This document shows positions 62,656 through 64,000 of a stretch of 64,000 nucleotides of DNA, piece after piece. The position numbers and the translations under genes are program-made. The DNA comes from Tubiluchus corallicola (lineage: Eukaryota > Animalia > Priapulida): positions 682,001 through 746,000 of the forward strand of contig JAQGDQ010000018.1 of the NCBI GenBank assembly GCA_030141605.1, written 5' to 3'. Numbering within the stretch: the first letter of the stretch is position 1; each line of letters opens with the position of its first letter. The notes beneath the pieces are model-generated. The model was given only the letters and a program-made list of their open reading frames with translations, did no database searches and was not told where the DNA came from.

Positions 62656-64000
62656 GTAAGTTTTATTGCAGATAACAGAACAAACCGTCAGGCAGGTCAG
62701 GCTATTCAGTCTGTGCATGCTACCTGTAAAGTCTTTGCTGATGTAATGTGTTAATCACTGAATACAGAAATATTAGCGAATCTGCTATAGACCCACAAAA
62801 CTGCTAAAGGCCTTTTTAACATGAGGTACTTTATAAGCATATTTGGCCAATTTACAGGATTGTTATAGATGAACAAAGCATGTATTAATAATTGTTGTGT
62901 GTAAATATTGTATGGTGTATGGCTTTGGAGAGGGTGTAAAGTACATTTAGAAGGAGTTTAAGTACTTTGCAACAGTAGAACATAAGAATAAAGCAAAAAT
63001 AATTATTTAAATTTAGTGAAATGTATTTTAGATTTTATATAACCTCAGTAGACTACACTTTTGCACATTTGATGTTAAATTGCATGTGCATGTGCATGTA
63101 CATGTTCACTAAAGTCAATGATATGCAAAAAAACCTGTCACTTTTGTTTGCACAAATTTCTTTGCTCAATGATATGATTGCGCTACTGATGCTGGTGATT
63201 TCAAGTTGCTGTATTATAAAACCAGCAGAGTGCCCACCATTGATTCACTCATAACTTAAAACTGGTATGCTGCATGCCCAACAACTTTTTTGTTGTGCAG
63301 GAATAAGGGGCTAAATTTTACTGTAAATTAACTTGCATACAGCAGGCGAAGTAAGCATATGCAATAAAAGCTTGTAATATCTATTATACCAAATAACTGA
63401 ATGATAAAAGTTTCTTCTTTGCATTAGCAGTGTGTATGATATAAACCATGTTCGCTATAACGGTGTTATACTGTATATTACTAGAGCATTAGTGTTAAGG
63501 CAAGGCCAGGTTAGTAATCCTGGAATCTTGAACATATCTTTCACAAGATCAGTAACAAATGCCCACTCTTTCAAATTCAGTCATAGGCGGCATTGCACTG
63601 TCTCACTTGTTCAGTGATTGCAGATTGTATGTTGTTTGTTAAAGGACAGAATTTTTCTAATTGTGATGCCAGTGCACAAAGATTCTGTAATTATAGCCCT
63701 ATTTTCTAGTCTGAGGCTGTGTGTGAAATCACGGTTCTGTAATAGCCCCAGCCATTTTATACAGTCCAAGCTTGATATCTGTGGTGTTATGCACATCACA
63801 GAATAGAACCCCAGCTATACATAGGGTGTTTCGTCTCTTTCTGGTCACTGTTCTGTTGCATGACTGACTTTGACTACTGTAATGGTCTTACAGTACAAAT
63901 TTCTTACAGACATGACAAAGAAACTGGAATGCCTATTTCGCGATCCAAAATATCTTTACAAATCAACTATTCGAGCTTGCATGAAGTAGTGAAGCCATTC

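Noticed and set aside
62900-62950. YGFGEG peptide as SAT exon 3 (DGFGE)
   Set aside because: There is no usable acceptor, and an in-frame TAG follows five codons later.

Overview
AT-rich, intron-rich animal genomic DNA, probably from an invertebrate. It uses the standard code and GT-AG introns. I found no prokaryotic operons, CRISPR arrays, rRNA or intact tRNA genes. Four spliced genes were assembled by hand with consistent intron phases: (1) the last 8 coding exons of mitochondrial presequence protease PITRM1 (+, 1121-6478); (2) a convergent, complete 20-exon gene for an uncharacterised 1218-aa multi-ankyrin-repeat protein (-, 22095-9016); (3) a complete 14-coding-exon KRIT1/CCM1 orthologue of 709 aa (+, 35984-53317) with a 10.3-kb first coding intron; (4) the first two coding exons of a SAT-family diamine N-acetyltransferase (+, from 62092). 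Introns and intergenic DNA hold decayed CR1- and RTE-type LINE pieces, several MITEs (one Merlin-like with perfect 36-bp TIRs and an 8-bp TSD, one pogo/Tigger-like with a TA TSD), tRNA-derived SINE heads and satellites. The most notable observations are: a KRIT1 lacking the third NPxF motif, the Rap1-contact arginines and the basic NLS; four local duplications of splice junctions that create decoy or alternative splice sites; a 154-codon read-through of KRIT1 exon 1 into its intron; and a possible spliced pseudogene damaged only by nonsense codons. Most entries in the supplied ORF track are exon fragments or non-coding noise. All homology calls are by recall and were not checked against a database.
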